64,000 bases of DNA. Origin: Saprospiraceae bacterium. Lineage in GTDB: Bacteria > Bacteroidota > Bacteroidia > Chitinophagales > Saprospiraceae. Location of the stretch: the NCBI GenBank assembly GCA_019634045.1, contig JAHQWA010000396.1, positions 8,164-72,163 of the forward strand, given 5' to 3'. A program made the position numbers and the translations under genes. The notes below the pieces were generated by a model. It was not told where the DNA came from, made no database searches, and was given only the letters and a program-made list of their open reading frames with translations. Below, piece after piece: positions 10,181 through 20,431 of the stretch. The first letter of the stretch is position 1. Every line of letters begins with the position of its first letter.

Positions 10181-10714
10181 ATGTACAAAGTCACTGTGCT
10201 TAGCATTGCTATGCTATTTCTTGCCCTAGCTACTTCTGCCCAAACCTTAGGCGAAAAGTACCAACTACCAGAGGAACCTGGAAAACTTCGAATCGATGGT
10301 GTCTATGAGCTTTCAGCTTCTCTTTCACCAGATGGCCGTAAAGACGTGAAAACGTACTTTCGTTTTTTTGACGATGGTACCTTTATTGTCTTTCATTCTA
10401 GGTTGTCTCCTGATGAAAAACCAAAAAATTTCCAGATCAATTGTAACTATCAGCACATTGCTGAAGGAGCAGCTCCCTTTAATAAAGATTTTACGTTGAG
10501 GACTCATGAAGGTATTTCTAGAGCTAAGATCGATTATGGAGTAGGAAAGCCTTTCTTATTGCTAGAAATGGATGTTAGAAAGGATGTAATTGCCATGACT
10601 ATCAAGACCTTCAACGAAAAAGGTAAAAAAGTAGGAAAGCCTGGGAAGTTCATCGTTCCCTTTTACCAGATGGAATGGCCCGTTTCTAGAATCTTTACTT
10701 CTCGTAGAAGATAA
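10181..10714 (+). CDS. Hypothetical secreted protein
   Basis: The signal peptide is MYKVTVLSIAMLFLALATSA/QTL. I recognise no domain. A strong terminator follows the gene. Confidence 0.5.
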   Translation: MYKVTVLSIAMLFLALATSAQTLGEKYQLPEEPGKLRIDGVYELSASLSPDGRKDVKTYFRFFDDGTFIVFHSRLSPDEKPKNFQINCNYQHIAEGAAPFNKDFTLRTHEGISRAKIDYGVGKPFLLLEMDVRKDVIAMTIKTFNEKGKKVGKPGKFIVPFYQMEWPVSRIFTSRRR

Positions 10715-10746
10715 GCGCAAAGATCAGTAACCAAATAAAGCTTGCT

Positions 10747-10781
10747 TAGCCCAAGTAGTCATGTGCTACTTGGGCTATTTT
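10747..10781 (+). terminator. Rho-independent terminator
   Basis: tagcccaagtag-tcatgtg-ctacttgggcta forms a perfect 12-bp stem followed by TTTT. Confidence 0.75.
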
Positions 10782-11096
10782 ACTATTAGTGAAAGTATCC
10801 ATATCATAGAAGCATTGCCCTAGTCTAGACTCTAATATGCCCAAGCTTGGTCAGTGACACCGTCCCCCCTCCAAAGGCAAGTCTTCTGAACTTCTGTAAG
10901 ACTGTATAGCATAAATATTGGGGAGATAATATTCCGAACTTCTTGCAAGGAAAATAGGTTATATTAACAGAAGTCTATAAAGAATGAGTGGCAGGAGTTT
11001 CGCTGAGTAGTATCAACATCTTCACCTTTTTGGGCTCAGGGTAGACATTTAGCCGGAGATGTTATAATTTGTGCATAATTCAAGGAAATAGATAAC

Positions 11097-11522
11097 ATGA
11101 ATAAAGCGCTTGGTATTCTTGCAGATAATGGTCTGCGAAAAACAGTTATGAGGCAGGGAATTCTGGAAGTATTTCTGGATAGTAATATAGCTGTTTCGCA
11201 ACAACATATCGAGACCTCCCTGGTCAAACAGTTCGAACGAGTGGACCGAATTACGGTTTATCGGACATTAAAAACTTTTGAGCAGAAAGGAATTATACAT
11301 AAAGCAATTGATGGGACACATACGCCCAAATATGCTTTATGTGCGGATGCTTGTACGGAGCATGCACATCATGATACTCACGCACATTTTCACTGTGATG
11401 ATTGTGGTAAAACCTATTGTATAGATGAAGTGGAAGCGCCGACGGTAACGGCTCCGAAGGGATTTAAAATAAATACCACCCATTTGGTGATGAACGGACT
11501 ATGTGACGACTGTCAATCTTAA
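11097..11522 (+). CDS. Fur-family metalloregulator (Fur, Zur or PerR; not distinguishable here)
   Basis: A winged-helix N-terminal part (RITVYRTLKTFEQKGIIH) is followed by a His-rich metal site (HAHHDTHAHFHC) and two CxxC pairs (CDDCGKTYC and CDDC). Confidence 0.85.
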   Translation: MNKALGILADNGLRKTVMRQGILEVFLDSNIAVSQQHIETSLVKQFERVDRITVYRTLKTFEQKGIIHKAIDGTHTPKYALCADACTEHAHHDTHAHFHCDDCGKTYCIDEVEAPTVTAPKGFKINTTHLVMNGLCDDCQS

Positions 11523-11542
11523 GACCCTCGACAGTACAATGC

Positions 11543-11698
11543 TTACCTACCTGGACAACGCTTACAGCGTTTTCCTTTCTTGTATTTCTTGCAACACTTC
11601 TTCTTAACATTCTTATGCTGCACGATCTGTAGCGGAAAAGGCAAACGTACTGAACTGCCTGGCTCTAACTCATTCGAAGATCTAGTATTGTGATGCAT
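11543..11698 (-). CDS. Unannotated 51-codon ORF with a Lys/Cys-rich tail (candidate small protein)
   Basis: My hand translation is MHHNTRSSNELEPGSSVRLPFPLQIVQHKNVKKKCCKKYKKGKRCKRCPGR*. It falls below the 60-aa cutoff of the ORF track. A promoter-like motif lies upstream. I have no homology evidence. Confidence 0.3.
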   Translation of the reverse strand: MHHNTRSSNELEPGSSVRLPFPLQIVQHKNVKKKCCKKYKKGKRCKRCPGR

Positions 11699-11745
11699 AT
11701 CCTGCTGTAGTGACTATTTTTATTTAGACAAAATCTACTTAAGTG

Positions 11746-11776
11746 CAAAAATAGCCTTACTGCATAGCTCTTGCAA
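11746..11776 (-). promoter_or_regulatory. Candidate Bacteroidota promoter upstream of the small Cys-rich ORF
   Basis: The minus strand reads TTG, 20 nt of spacer, then TATTTTTG (matching TAnnTTTG). The motif ends about 47 nt upstream of the ATG at 11698. Confidence 0.3.
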
Positions 11777-11848
11777 TACCATATTTTAGCATTTCCATAC
11801 CTAACATTAGGTATAAATTGTGCTAACCAAACTTGTTAATACTGGGAA

Positions 11849-12184
11849 TTAGCGCTTACTCACGCGCTGAGTTGTAATTATTTTGCTCTTAGTCCCTAAA
11901 AACTGAATGAGATACATTCCTTTGGGCAGGTCTCCTACAAAGTACTTTTCTCCAGCTGTATAATTGTAGCGCTTCATGGCTCTTCCCACCATATTGAACA
12001 CAATAATCTCCTTGACTTCTTTCTGATTATTTATGCTGAAATGATTGGTAACTGGATTTGGAAAAACCTTGATTTCAATCTTTTTAGAGGAAGAATTTAG
12101 GGCAAGTTGAGGGTTGGTTTTTTGCGCTGTAGCTATTGCAGAGATTGAAAGTAAAAAAATGATAGATAGTAGAGCTTGCTTCAT
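11849..12184 (-). CDS. Small T9SS C-terminal-sorting-domain protein with almost no passenger
   Basis: The internal ATG at 12184 gives the signal peptide MKQALLSIIFLLSISAIATA/QKT. About 15 residues follow, then a type-A T9SS CTD (KVFPNPVTNHFSI…LPKGMYLIQF…TQRVSKR). Confidence 0.7.
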   Translation of the reverse strand: MKQALLSIIFLLSISAIATAQKTNPQLALNSSSKKIEIKVFPNPVTNHFSINNQKEVKEIIVFNMVGRAMKRYNYTAGEKYFVGDLPKGMYLIQFLGTKSKIITTQRVSKR

Positions 12185-12479
12185 TAAATCCGGTATTACG
12201 GGATGATAAATCGGTTTTGAAAACATATTTTTGGGAAATACACTGGCAAATTAAGGTTTTATTGCCAATATTTCAAGCTCTACCGCAAGGCTTTAGTGAA
12301 ACTTTAACACTGTCCACATACTAAAACAGATAAAAGTTTTCAAAAATATGTTTTTTCTAGAAATCCAAACATTTAGTATCCTTTTTTCACACTTAGTGTA
12401 GAAAAAATCCCTCCCTTTTTGAACCGAAGTGTTAAAATGAAGGCGATCAAATCACTTCTTAATGGCGTAAAAAAGAATT

Positions 12480-12524
12480 GCGCCAAATCCTAACTAGCCT
12501 TTGTACCTTGGTAGGATTTGGCGC
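12480..12524 (-). terminator. Rho-independent terminator of thrS
   Basis: gcgccaaatccta/taggatttggcgc forms a perfect 13-bp stem with a 19-nt loop. On the minus strand it is followed by aattctttttt. Confidence 0.65.
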
Positions 12525-12557
12525 ACGAGATTTATAGCCTAATGTATTACTTCTAAT

Positions 12558-14477
12558 CTATAGCAAAGACTTGAAGTGAGCGGCGAACTCTTCAATGGTC
12601 ATGCTTCCTTTATCTCCTTCTCCTTGTCTTCTGACTGACACCGTCTTTGCCTCTGCTTCTTTTTCGCCAATAATCAACATGAATGGAATTTTCTTCACTT
12701 CCGTATCACGAATCTTACGGCCTATTTTCTCACTTCGATTATCAATAACACCCGTTATGCCGTGGTTCGTTAAAGCTCGCTCCACCTCAACAGCATAGTC
12801 GTTAAACCTATCACTAATAGGAAGTATCGCAAACTGTTCAGGCGTTAACCAAAGGGGAAACTTACCGCCAGTGTGTTCTATAAGAATACTCATGAAGCGC
12901 TCCATTGACCCAAAAGGTGCCCGGTGGATCATTATTGGACGATGGGCTTGATTGTCTGCTCCGATATACTCTAACTCAAAACGTTCAGGAAGATTGTAAT
13001 CCACTTGGATAGTACCCAGCTGCCAGGAACGACCTAAGGCATCCTTAACCATGAAGTCCAGTTTTGGGCCATAAAATGCTGCCTCTCCATATTCAGTGAT
13101 CGTTTCTAGATCAACTTCCTTGGTAGCATCGATAATGGCCTGCTCCGCCTTTTCCCAGTTTTCCTTGGAACCTATGTACTTATCTGGATTTTCTGGGTCA
13201 CGCAGTGAAATTTGAGCCGTCACCTTTTCAAATCCCATCTTATTCATGACCAGTTTCGTCAAATCAAGTACATTGAGGAATTCATCCTTTAATTGGTCAG
13301 AGGTACAGAAGATGTGTGCATCATCCTGCGTGAATCCTCTTACGCGCGAAAGGCCATGTAGTTCCCCACTTTGCTCATACCGATAAACCGTACCGAATTC
13401 CGCTATGCGCAACGGTAGATCCTTGTAGGAATGTGGTTTATGCGCATAAATTTCACAGTGGTGAGGGCAATTCATGGGTTTCAACAAGAACTCCTCCCCT
13501 TCGCGGGGGGTATGAATGGGCTGGAAGCTATCTTCTCCATACTTCTCGTAATGGCCAGAAGTGACATACAAATCTTTCTTACCAATATGAGGCGTAGAAA
13601 CCAGCTTATAGCCACGCTTTTCCTGCTCTGTTTTCAAAAAGCCCATTAAGCGATCTCGTAATGCATTACCCTTGGGCAGCCAAATCGGTAGGCCTTGCCC
13701 TACGCGGTCCGAAAACATAAAGAGCTCTAGCTCAGCCCCTAGTTTTCTGTGATCCCTTTTCTTGGCCTCCTCCAGTAGGTGCAAATATTCTGTTAGTTCT
13801 TTTTGCTTTGGAAAAGTGATACCGTAAACGCGAGTCAACTGCTTTCTACTTTCATCTCCTCTCCAGTAAGCTCCTCCCACCTTCATCAACTTAATCGCCT
13901 TGATCTTCTCTGTGTTGGGAATATGAGGCCCTCGGCAAAGATCCGTAAAAGCGCCTTGTTGGTAGAAAGTAATCTCCCCATCATTCAGTCCTTCCAATAA
14001 TTCCAACTTGTATTCATCACCCTTTTCTTCGAAGTAGGCCATTGCATCTGCCTTGGAAATTTCTCGTCGTTCGAAATCATTCTTCTGCCGAGCTAGTTCC
14101 AACATTTTATCTTCAATCTTCTTGAAATCTTCTGTCGATAGCACGCGATCACCTAGATCTATATCGTAATAGAAGCCATTTTCTATAGCCGGTCCAATCC
14201 CGAACTTAGTCCCCGGATAAAGTGCCTCCAAGGCTTCTGCCATTAAGTGAGCTGATGAATGCCAAAATGTTGACTTCCCATCTTCATCTCTCCAGGTCAA
14301 CAGCTCCAGCTTCGCATCGGTCTCAATTGGACGGGTCGAATCCCAAACCTCTCCGTTGACTCTTGCGGACAGCACATTTTTGGCCAGTCCGTGGCTAATT
14401 GACTTGGCAATATCCAATGCTGATGCACCAGCTTCGTATTGACGAACATTGCCATCAGGGAAAGTAATATTTATCAT
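12558..14477 (-). CDS. thrS: Threonine--tRNA ligase
   Basis: The protein has an N-terminal TGS domain, the editing-domain HSSAHLMA motif, a class-II core ([35 protein letters not shown]) and a C-terminal anticodon-binding domain. Confidence 0.97.
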   Translation of the reverse strand: MINITFPDGNVRQYEAGASALDIAKSISHGLAKNVLSARVNGEVWDSTRPIETDAKLELLTWRDEDGKSTFWHSSAHLMAEALEALYPGTKFGIGPAIENGFYYDIDLGDRVLSTEDFKKIEDKMLELARQKNDFERREISKADAMAYFEEKGDEYKLELLEGLNDGEITFYQQGAFTDLCRGPHIPNTEKIKAIKLMKVGGAYWRGDESRKQLTRVYGITFPKQKELTEYLHLLEEAKKRDHRKLGAELELFMFSDRVGQGLPIWLPKGNALRDRLMGFLKTEQEKRGYKLVSTPHIGKKDLYVTSGHYEKYGEDSFQPIHTPREGEEFLLKPMNCPHHCEIYAHKPHSYKDLPLRIAEFGTVYRYEQSGELHGLSRVRGFTQDDAHIFCTSDQLKDEFLNVLDLTKLVMNKMGFEKVTAQISLRDPENPDKYIGSKENWEKAEQAIIDATKEVDLETITEYGEAAFYGPKLDFMVKDALGRSWQLGTIQVDYNLPERFELEYIGADNQAHRPIMIHRAPFGSMERFMSILIEHTGGKFPLWLTPEQFAILPISDRFNDYAVEVERALTNHGITGVIDNRSEKIGRKIRDTEVKKIPFMLIIGEKEAEAKTVSVRRQGEGDKGSMTIEEFAAHFKSLL

Positions 14478-15002
14478 TGCTCATTAAATTTTCAAACGAT
14501 TATAGAAACTACACCCGAGATTACGATTTAGTTCCCGGCAAGGCTTCTCAAAAAACGGCGCTAATTTAGCCTTTATTCAGGAATATCTAAAGTTTCAAGA
14601 TGTTCCTTGTGTTCCTTCTTGACAGCTATTTCAGCGTATATCCAAAAAACTCCTTACCTCGATTCCTTCCTCACATTATTACCTAATGCAAAAAACCGAA
14701 TCGATGAAAAATATTTTATTTTTATTTAATATTTAAACACCAACATAACAAACTGTATATCAGTTAAATAAAACAGCGAAAAAGATTCAAAGCCCTAACA
14801 TTCCTGATATTACTTCCTAAGCAAAATTGAAAATTGGCCCCATTTTTGGAACTAGGCCAGTGTATTTGTTCCAAAACATTCTTAGCCAGTTAGCTTTTCC
14901 AGTTTCTTCTTTCCAGAACACTTTTTAGAACAACCAGTTTGGGCTATGCCCTAATTCATTCCGATAACCCGAAGGTCAATTTGACCCTAAACTCGTTTTG
15001 CT

Positions 15003-18000
15003 ATGAGACAGCTTTTCGTGTATTGGTGGTACATTCGTACCACGAGGAAGTCCTATGCCGCTGATAAGCGATCTTTTTTATCCATTCGATTCTCGTACAT
15101 AGAAGCGTGGTTAGTCATTCTGCTGCTTGCTTTTTGGCTCTTCCCGCACTTTGTCCAAGCAGAAACCACCTTCATGCCTAGCATTTATCTAGGCAATGAT
15201 GCTGCGAACCCTGAACCTTGCACTTGCCTTAACAATGCAACTACGTCCTCAGATGGCCAATTCAGTACTATCATCAGTATTACTGGCCCAAGCAACCAAA
15301 TTTGGACTATTACTGATGTTAACGGCCTTTATACTGATGACAGTCCAGCTCCACCGGAGGCCCCTACACCAATTGCAGATGGACTCATAATCCCTGAAGT
15401 AAGTGACGGCCTGTATCAGCTAGCGGTCCGCCATATCGAAGGGATCGGTTTTTCAGTTGTAGTAAACAATGGGATTGATAGCGAGCTCAAAGCAGAAGCT
15501 AGCTGTAGCTATCCCGATCCTCAATTTGTAAATCTTTTAGATGAATATTGTGTAACCAGCCTACCTACACTATTGGAGGTCGATCTGAACGGAGCCGTCG
15601 GGAATGGTGAATTCAGAATAAATGGAGACTTACAAAATACATTCGATCCTTTTGAATTGGGTCCAGGTACCCACGAGGTCAGCTATACATTTGATGCTGG
15701 AATGGCTAGCTCGGAAGATCCCAGCGATTCCGGTTGTATGTATACGATTAGCCGTAAGGTTGAGGTTTTAGGCGTACCTTCTTTAGGCGCCAATTTCAAA
15801 GTACAAGTTCCACTTGGACCTGATTGCGCTTCAGTGATTGTACCGGATATGATTCTAGAAGGAACTTATCCCTGTATAGACACGGATTACCTAGTCAATG
15901 TATTGGACCCTGATGGCATCCCCATTGGTAATACGGTAACTGGAGAATATGCGGGAGAAACCTTAATGGTAGTAGTCAGTTCGATAGCCGGAGGGCTTTC
16001 CACTATGGGTAGAATCGAGATTGTTGATAATACCGATCCTGTCTCGGAATGTCCAGCAGCAGTCAGCTCTATTACTGTAGAGCAACCGATCCAATTCTTA
16101 GAAGGAGATCTATCTGCTAATGATGCAAGTTTTCTTCCAACCAACTTTTCCTGTTTATTAGATCAAGTAGACACGATCGGAGGGTTTCACTATTTCGATT
16201 TAGATACGATACGGCCAGCGACTAGTGACCTTTATACTTTTGAATTCATGGCGGATTTTGGGAGAGGTTTAGCCATCTTATTTCCAGGGGAATTTAATGC
16301 GCTAAATGGTCCTTGTCAGGGGTATGCAGCCCTAGGAGGCAAGCAGGATAATAGCCAAGGGTTCTTCGTTGGCGAACAGAATGTAATTGGATTTTCTGCT
16401 TTCCTAGAAGCAGGTGAATTATACACGATACTAACTAGTTCGGCAAACTTCCTAACTGAAGGTGATTATTCTTGGGCCATCCATGGCACAGGCCCTGGCA
16501 GTATCGAAAACTTACTCACTACCGAAGAAGAATTGGTACTCCCTCTCTTTTGTACCGATGATACATCTTTTTTACAAAGAGAAGAAAGCTTGCTCTACAC
16601 CGGCGAACCCATCGCTAGCGATAACTGCTCAGCGGTAGATTTCACTTTTACAGATGAGTTAATAGACGGTGGGGATTGCTTTCCAAAAGTCATTCAGCGT
16701 CAGTTCACGATCATGGACGAAAATGGCAATGAAACTTCCTGTAATCAAACCATCACTTTTGGCACCTTAACACAAAGTGATATCATCCCTCCATCCAAGT
16801 TTACAACCATAGATTGTGATGAAGATTTTGCCATCAACGATGAGGGGAATCCAACCCCAGACTACACAGGTTTTCCTATGGTGCGCACCTTTGCCGGGGC
16901 CTTTGCTCTGCGCCCATCAATATGCAACCTAACCGCAACCTACGATGATCAAATGGCTATGACTAGTTGCGGAGGTTCAAGAGTTTTCAACCGCAGATGG
17001 TTCTTTTTTGATGAATGTGATCCAGGCAATCCTGTTTTTTATGATCAGGTGATCTTCCTTGAAGATCAGGCAGCACCAAAAGTTGATGCAGATCTTTCAA
17101 ATATAGAATTTGAGACTAGTGCCTTGGATTGCGAAGCTCAACTAACGATTCCGCTACCCGAAGTTAGTGACAACTGCTCAGCCTGGGAAGTAGTAACACA
17201 AGTAATTCGGGATGATGGTTCGGAAGAAATACTGCTAAGCATCTCAGCCGAAGCCGATCGCGAGGTGACGCTACCACTGGGGTGTCATATCGTTCGCTAC
17301 TTTGTTACTGATGAATGTGGCAATCAAAGCATTGCCGATTTCTCCATGTGTACAAATGATGATCAAGAACCCGTAGCGGTCTGTGATGACAATCTGATTG
17401 TCTCTTTAGGAGGTAGCGGCCTGGGGTTCCTCGAGGCAGAAGATGTAGATGAAGGCAGTGAAGATAATTGTGGTATAGACGAGATGCTAATACGTCGGAT
17501 GTATGAAAGAGATCCGTCGACATGTGATTCTGTTGAAGCTTACTGGACAGAAAGGACTGACGAAATAGCCTTCAGTTGCTGTGATGCTGGTGAAATGGTG
17601 ATGGTTGAGCTGATGGTCACTGATATTTTCGGCAATGATAATAGATGTATGACATTTGTCTCAGTCACCGATAAAGCTGACCCCGATTGTACCCCACCTG
17701 ATGATGTTTCTGTCACTTGTAGCTTCCTAGCTCAAGATTTTGACCCTACCGATACTACCCAATTGGATGCACTGTTTGGATCACCAACAGGCTCAGACAA
17801 TTGCAGTTCTTTCACAGCGACCGAATTAGCTCCAATCGTTGACCTAGATGCCTGCGGAGCAGGTACTATTGAACGTTTTTTCGTACTAACAGACGAGTTT
17901 GGAAACCGTTCAGAAGATGAATGCAAGCAGACGGTATCCATCTCTGCTGCTCCAGGTTATACCATTAAATTCCCTCAGGATGTGTTCCAAGAATGTTCAG

Positions 18001-20351
18001 CGCCATTGGTAGATACATTGGAGATCATTCAGGAAGGATGCGAGTCCCTCGTCATCAATATCAAGGATGAGGTTTTTCAGACTTCTGAGGCCTGCAAAAA
18101 GATCTTCAGAACCTACCGAATTGAAGACCAATGCATTCATACAGATTCTTCTGATCCAGTAATCATCACTAGAAACGAAGATTGCGATGAGGAAGAGGGA
18201 GAAGAAGCAGTTTGGGTAGTTATTTCTAACGATACAGCTTTTGTCGACCGAGACGGAGATCCATACAATGCGACTCCAGGTCAAGACCAAATCGGAGGCT
18301 CCTGTGGAGGGATTAACCCAGCAGGCCACTGGCGTAGTTTACCCTCTACCGGGTACTGGGAGTATACGCAGGAGATCGTCATTTTCGACCTCATTGCTCC
18401 CACCGTTGAACTAGCTGGTGATACGCTATTCTGTTCCGATAACCTAGAAAACTGTAGTGGGTCTGTTGATGTCCAGTTTACTGTCACTGAAGCCTGCTCT
18501 CCCGAAGGAACCAGCCTGCGTGCTTGGATTGACCTCAACGAAGACGGTAACTTGGATGGGGAAATTCCCCCAGAAGATATCCTAGGTATTTTCCCGACTT
18601 ATCGAATCACGGGACAATTCCCGTTGGGAGAACACGCCTTTCGAATTGAAGTTACAGACGGATGTGATAACCCCTTCACTATCGAGGCACCCTTTGAAGT
18701 AGTAGATTGCCAAGTCAATACACCAAGCTGTCGGCTACCCTTCTCTGTGGAATTATTGCCTCTAGATCCTCCAATCGACGCCGACGGTGACCTAGATGAG
18801 GATCTAGCCGCCTTGTCCATTTTGGCAACGACAGTACTAACTGCCAATATTGATGACTGCACGGGTCCAGTACGGTTTTCCATTCACAAGACCATTGATA
18901 TCGATAATGGACAAGTGATTCCCGACCCAAACGAAGAGGCGGTTGTGTTGACTTGCGACGATGTGGATGAGACAGTTGAAGTACAGGTATACGCTTGGGA
19001 TAGCGCAGAAAACCCCATCCTGGTGCAACCTAATGACTCCATCGGTGGCCCCAACTTTAGTTTCTGTACTACTACGATTACTGTCATAAACTCAGAGCCC
19101 ATTTGCAACCCAAATGCTCTAGTCAGTTTCTCTGGGGAAGTAATGACAGCTGAGCTAGAACCCGTACAAGGGGTCATGCTGGAGATTGGTGAAGATATGC
19201 CTATGTATGGACCTACTAATCTCCAAGGAAATTACTTACTGGAGAACCTAGATGCCACCGATCAATATGTGATCCGTCCGGAGATGAACTATGATTTCAA
19301 CAATGGAGTTTCTACCATTGATCTAGTGATCATCTCCAGACACATCTTAGGTGACCAAGAACTCACGAGTCCCTATAAGATCATTGCGGCTGATATTAAT
19401 CGATCAAATACAGTAACTACATTAGACGTCGTGCTGCTCAGGCAACTCATTTTGGGACTTAGAGCGGATTTTGGAGGTAATGCGAGTTGGCGTTTTATAG
19501 ATGAAGATTATCAATTTCCAAACCCCAATAACCCTTGGAGTGAGCTTTTTCCTGAAAGTATCAAAGTGGATGCGCCTCGGGTAGATCAGGAAAATCTCGA
19601 TTTCATTGCCGTAAAGATCGGTGATGTCAATGGTAATGCCATCCCGAATCAGCTAGAGGGCCTAGTACCACGACAAAGTGAGATTCCTTTGCTTTTAGAA
19701 ATAAATAACCAAGAGATTAAGCAGGGTGATTTAGTAAATATTCAAATCCAATCCAGTCAGTTGGACGAAGTTCTAGGGTTTCAAGGTACACTCCATTTTG
19801 ATACGGAAGCACTGGCATGGCAAGGGTTTGAGTCAGCGGTATGGATGGAAGAACACATGAATCTTAATGAAACTACGGCCGGGTTAGTGCCATTTTCCTG
19901 GCACAATGAGGGTAATACTACGCAAGAATTGCTGGTTTCTCTACGTTTCTTGGCCCTCAAAGATGGCCAATTGAAAGACTGGTTAAATCTTAGCAATCGC
20001 ATTACTCCCTTAGAGGGTTATCTGAAAGATGGTACAGAAGCAAAGCTGGGCCTTTCTTTCAGAAAAGGGGAATCAAGCTCGAAGGCCGAATCTATGCAAT
20101 TAATGCAAAACCGGCCCAACCCCTTCAGTCAGGAAACCCTCATCCCCTTCTTCTTACCGGAAGCAGGTCCAGCAACGCTTAGCTTTTTCGATCTAAATGG
20201 TAGATTACTCCACCGTATAAACGGCACCTACAATAGTGGTTACCATGAGGAATCTATAGCGGCCTATCAACTACAAGCTGAAGGTTTGATATACTACCGT
20301 TTAGAATCTAAGGACGTTAGTATCACTCAGAAAATGATATACAGAAAATAG
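15003..20351 (+). CDS. Giant secreted multi-domain protein: HYR-like repeats, dockerin-like and cohesin-like modules, and a T9SS CTD
   Basis: The N-terminal hydrophobic signal is LLLAFWLFPHFVQA/ET. Repeated Cys-framed modules (SDNCS … DxxGN…C…V) resemble HYR domains. Two dockerin-like EF-loop segments are present (NNGVSTIDLVIISRHILG and DINRSNTVTTLDVVLLRQLILG), followed by a cohesin-like segment. The terminal T9SS CTD reads NRPNPFSQETLIPF…YYRL…QKMIYRK. Confidence 0.85.
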   Translation: MRQLFVYWWYIRTTRKSYAADKRSFLSIRFSYIEAWLVILLLAFWLFPHFVQAETTFMPSIYLGNDAANPEPCTCLNNATTSSDGQFSTIISITGPSNQIWTITDVNGLYTDDSPAPPEAPTPIADGLIIPEVSDGLYQLAVRHIEGIGFSVVVNNGIDSELKAEASCSYPDPQFVNLLDEYCVTSLPTLLEVDLNGAVGNGEFRINGDLQNTFDPFELGPGTHEVSYTFDAGMASSEDPSDSGCMYTISRKVEVLGVPSLGANFKVQVPLGPDCASVIVPDMILEGTYPCIDTDYLVNVLDPDGIPIGNTVTGEYAGETLMVVVSSIAGGLSTMGRIEIVDNTDPVSECPAAVSSITVEQPIQFLEGDLSANDASFLPTNFSCLLDQVDTIGGFHYFDLDTIRPATSDLYTFEFMADFGRGLAILFPGEFNALNGPCQGYAALGGKQDNSQGFFVGEQNVIGFSAFLEAGELYTILTSSANFLTEGDYSWAIHGTGPGSIENLLTTEEELVLPLFCTDDTSFLQREESLLYTGEPIASDNCSAVDFTFTDELIDGGDCFPKVIQRQFTIMDENGNETSCNQTITFGTLTQSDIIPPSKFTTIDCDEDFAINDEGNPTPDYTGFPMVRTFAGAFALRPSICNLTATYDDQMAMTSCGGSRVFNRRWFFFDECDPGNPVFYDQVIFLEDQAAPKVDADLSNIEFETSALDCEAQLTIPLPEVSDNCSAWEVVTQVIRDDGSEEILLSISAEADREVTLPLGCHIVRYFVTDECGNQSIADFSMCTNDDQEPVAVCDDNLIVSLGGSGLGFLEAEDVDEGSEDNCGIDEMLIRRMYERDPSTCDSVEAYWTERTDEIAFSCCDAGEMVMVELMVTDIFGNDNRCMTFVSVTDKADPDCTPPDDVSVTCSFLAQDFDPTDTTQLDALFGSPTGSDNCSSFTATELAPIVDLDACGAGTIERFFVLTDEFGNRSEDECKQTVSISAAPGYTIKFPQDVFQECSAPLVDTLEIIQEGCESLVINIKDEVFQTSEACKKIFRTYRIEDQCIHTDSSDPVIITRNEDCDEEEGEEAVWVVISNDTAFVDRDGDPYNATPGQDQIGGSCGGINPAGHWRSLPSTGYWEYTQEIVIFDLIAPTVELAGDTLFCSDNLENCSGSVDVQFTVTEACSPEGTSLRAWIDLNEDGNLDGEIPPEDILGIFPTYRITGQFPLGEHAFRIEVTDGCDNPFTIEAPFEVVDCQVNTPSCRLPFSVELLPLDPPIDADGDLDEDLAALSILATTVLTANIDDCTGPVRFSIHKTIDIDNGQVIPDPNEEAVVLTCDDVDETVEVQVYAWDSAENPILVQPNDSIGGPNFSFCTTTITVINSEPICNPNALVSFSGEVMTAELEPVQGVMLEIGEDMPMYGPTNLQGNYLLENLDATDQYVIRPEMNYDFNNGVSTIDLVIISRHILGDQELTSPYKIIAADINRSNTVTTLDVVLLRQLILGLRADFGGNASWRFIDEDYQFPNPNNPWSELFPESIKVDAPRVDQENLDFIAVKIGDVNGNAIPNQLEGLVPRQSEIPLLLEINNQEIKQGDLVNIQIQSSQLDEVLGFQGTLHFDTEALAWQGFESAVWMEEHMNLNETTAGLVPFSWHNEGNTTQELLVSLRFLALKDGQLKDWLNLSNRITPLEGYLKDGTEAKLGLSFRKGESSSKAESMQLMQNRPNPFSQETLIPFFLPEAGPATLSFFDLNGRLLHRINGTYNSGYHEESIAAYQLQAEGLIYYRLESKDVSITQKMIYRK

Positions 20352-20397
20352 TAAACGAATAAAAGCGTGTAATAATAGTGTTTCAAATGTGTGTATC

Positions 20398-20431
20398 GGC
20401 GTGGAGAAGCGATTTTTCTCCGCGCCTTTTT
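20398..20431 (+). terminator. Rho-independent terminator of the giant gene
   Basis: ggcgtggagaa-gcgattt-ttctccgcgcc forms an 11-bp stem with one G.U pair, followed by TTTTT. Confidence 0.75.

Noticed and set aside
11040-11096. A possible Fur/Zur box upstream of the Fur-family gene (GATGTTATAATTTGTGCATAATT)
   Set aside because: The left half resembles ATGTTATAA of proteobacterial Zur boxes, but the right half matches the expected inverted half in only about 5 of 9 positions. Bacteroidota Fur-family operators may also differ, so this is too weak to call.
8810-11096. A genomic island integrated at tRNA-Asn
   Set aside because: I found no integrase and no downstream direct repeat of the tRNA 3' end. 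The following genes are small envelope proteins with normal terminators. Only the small inverted-repeat element at 9899-10018 hints at mobility.
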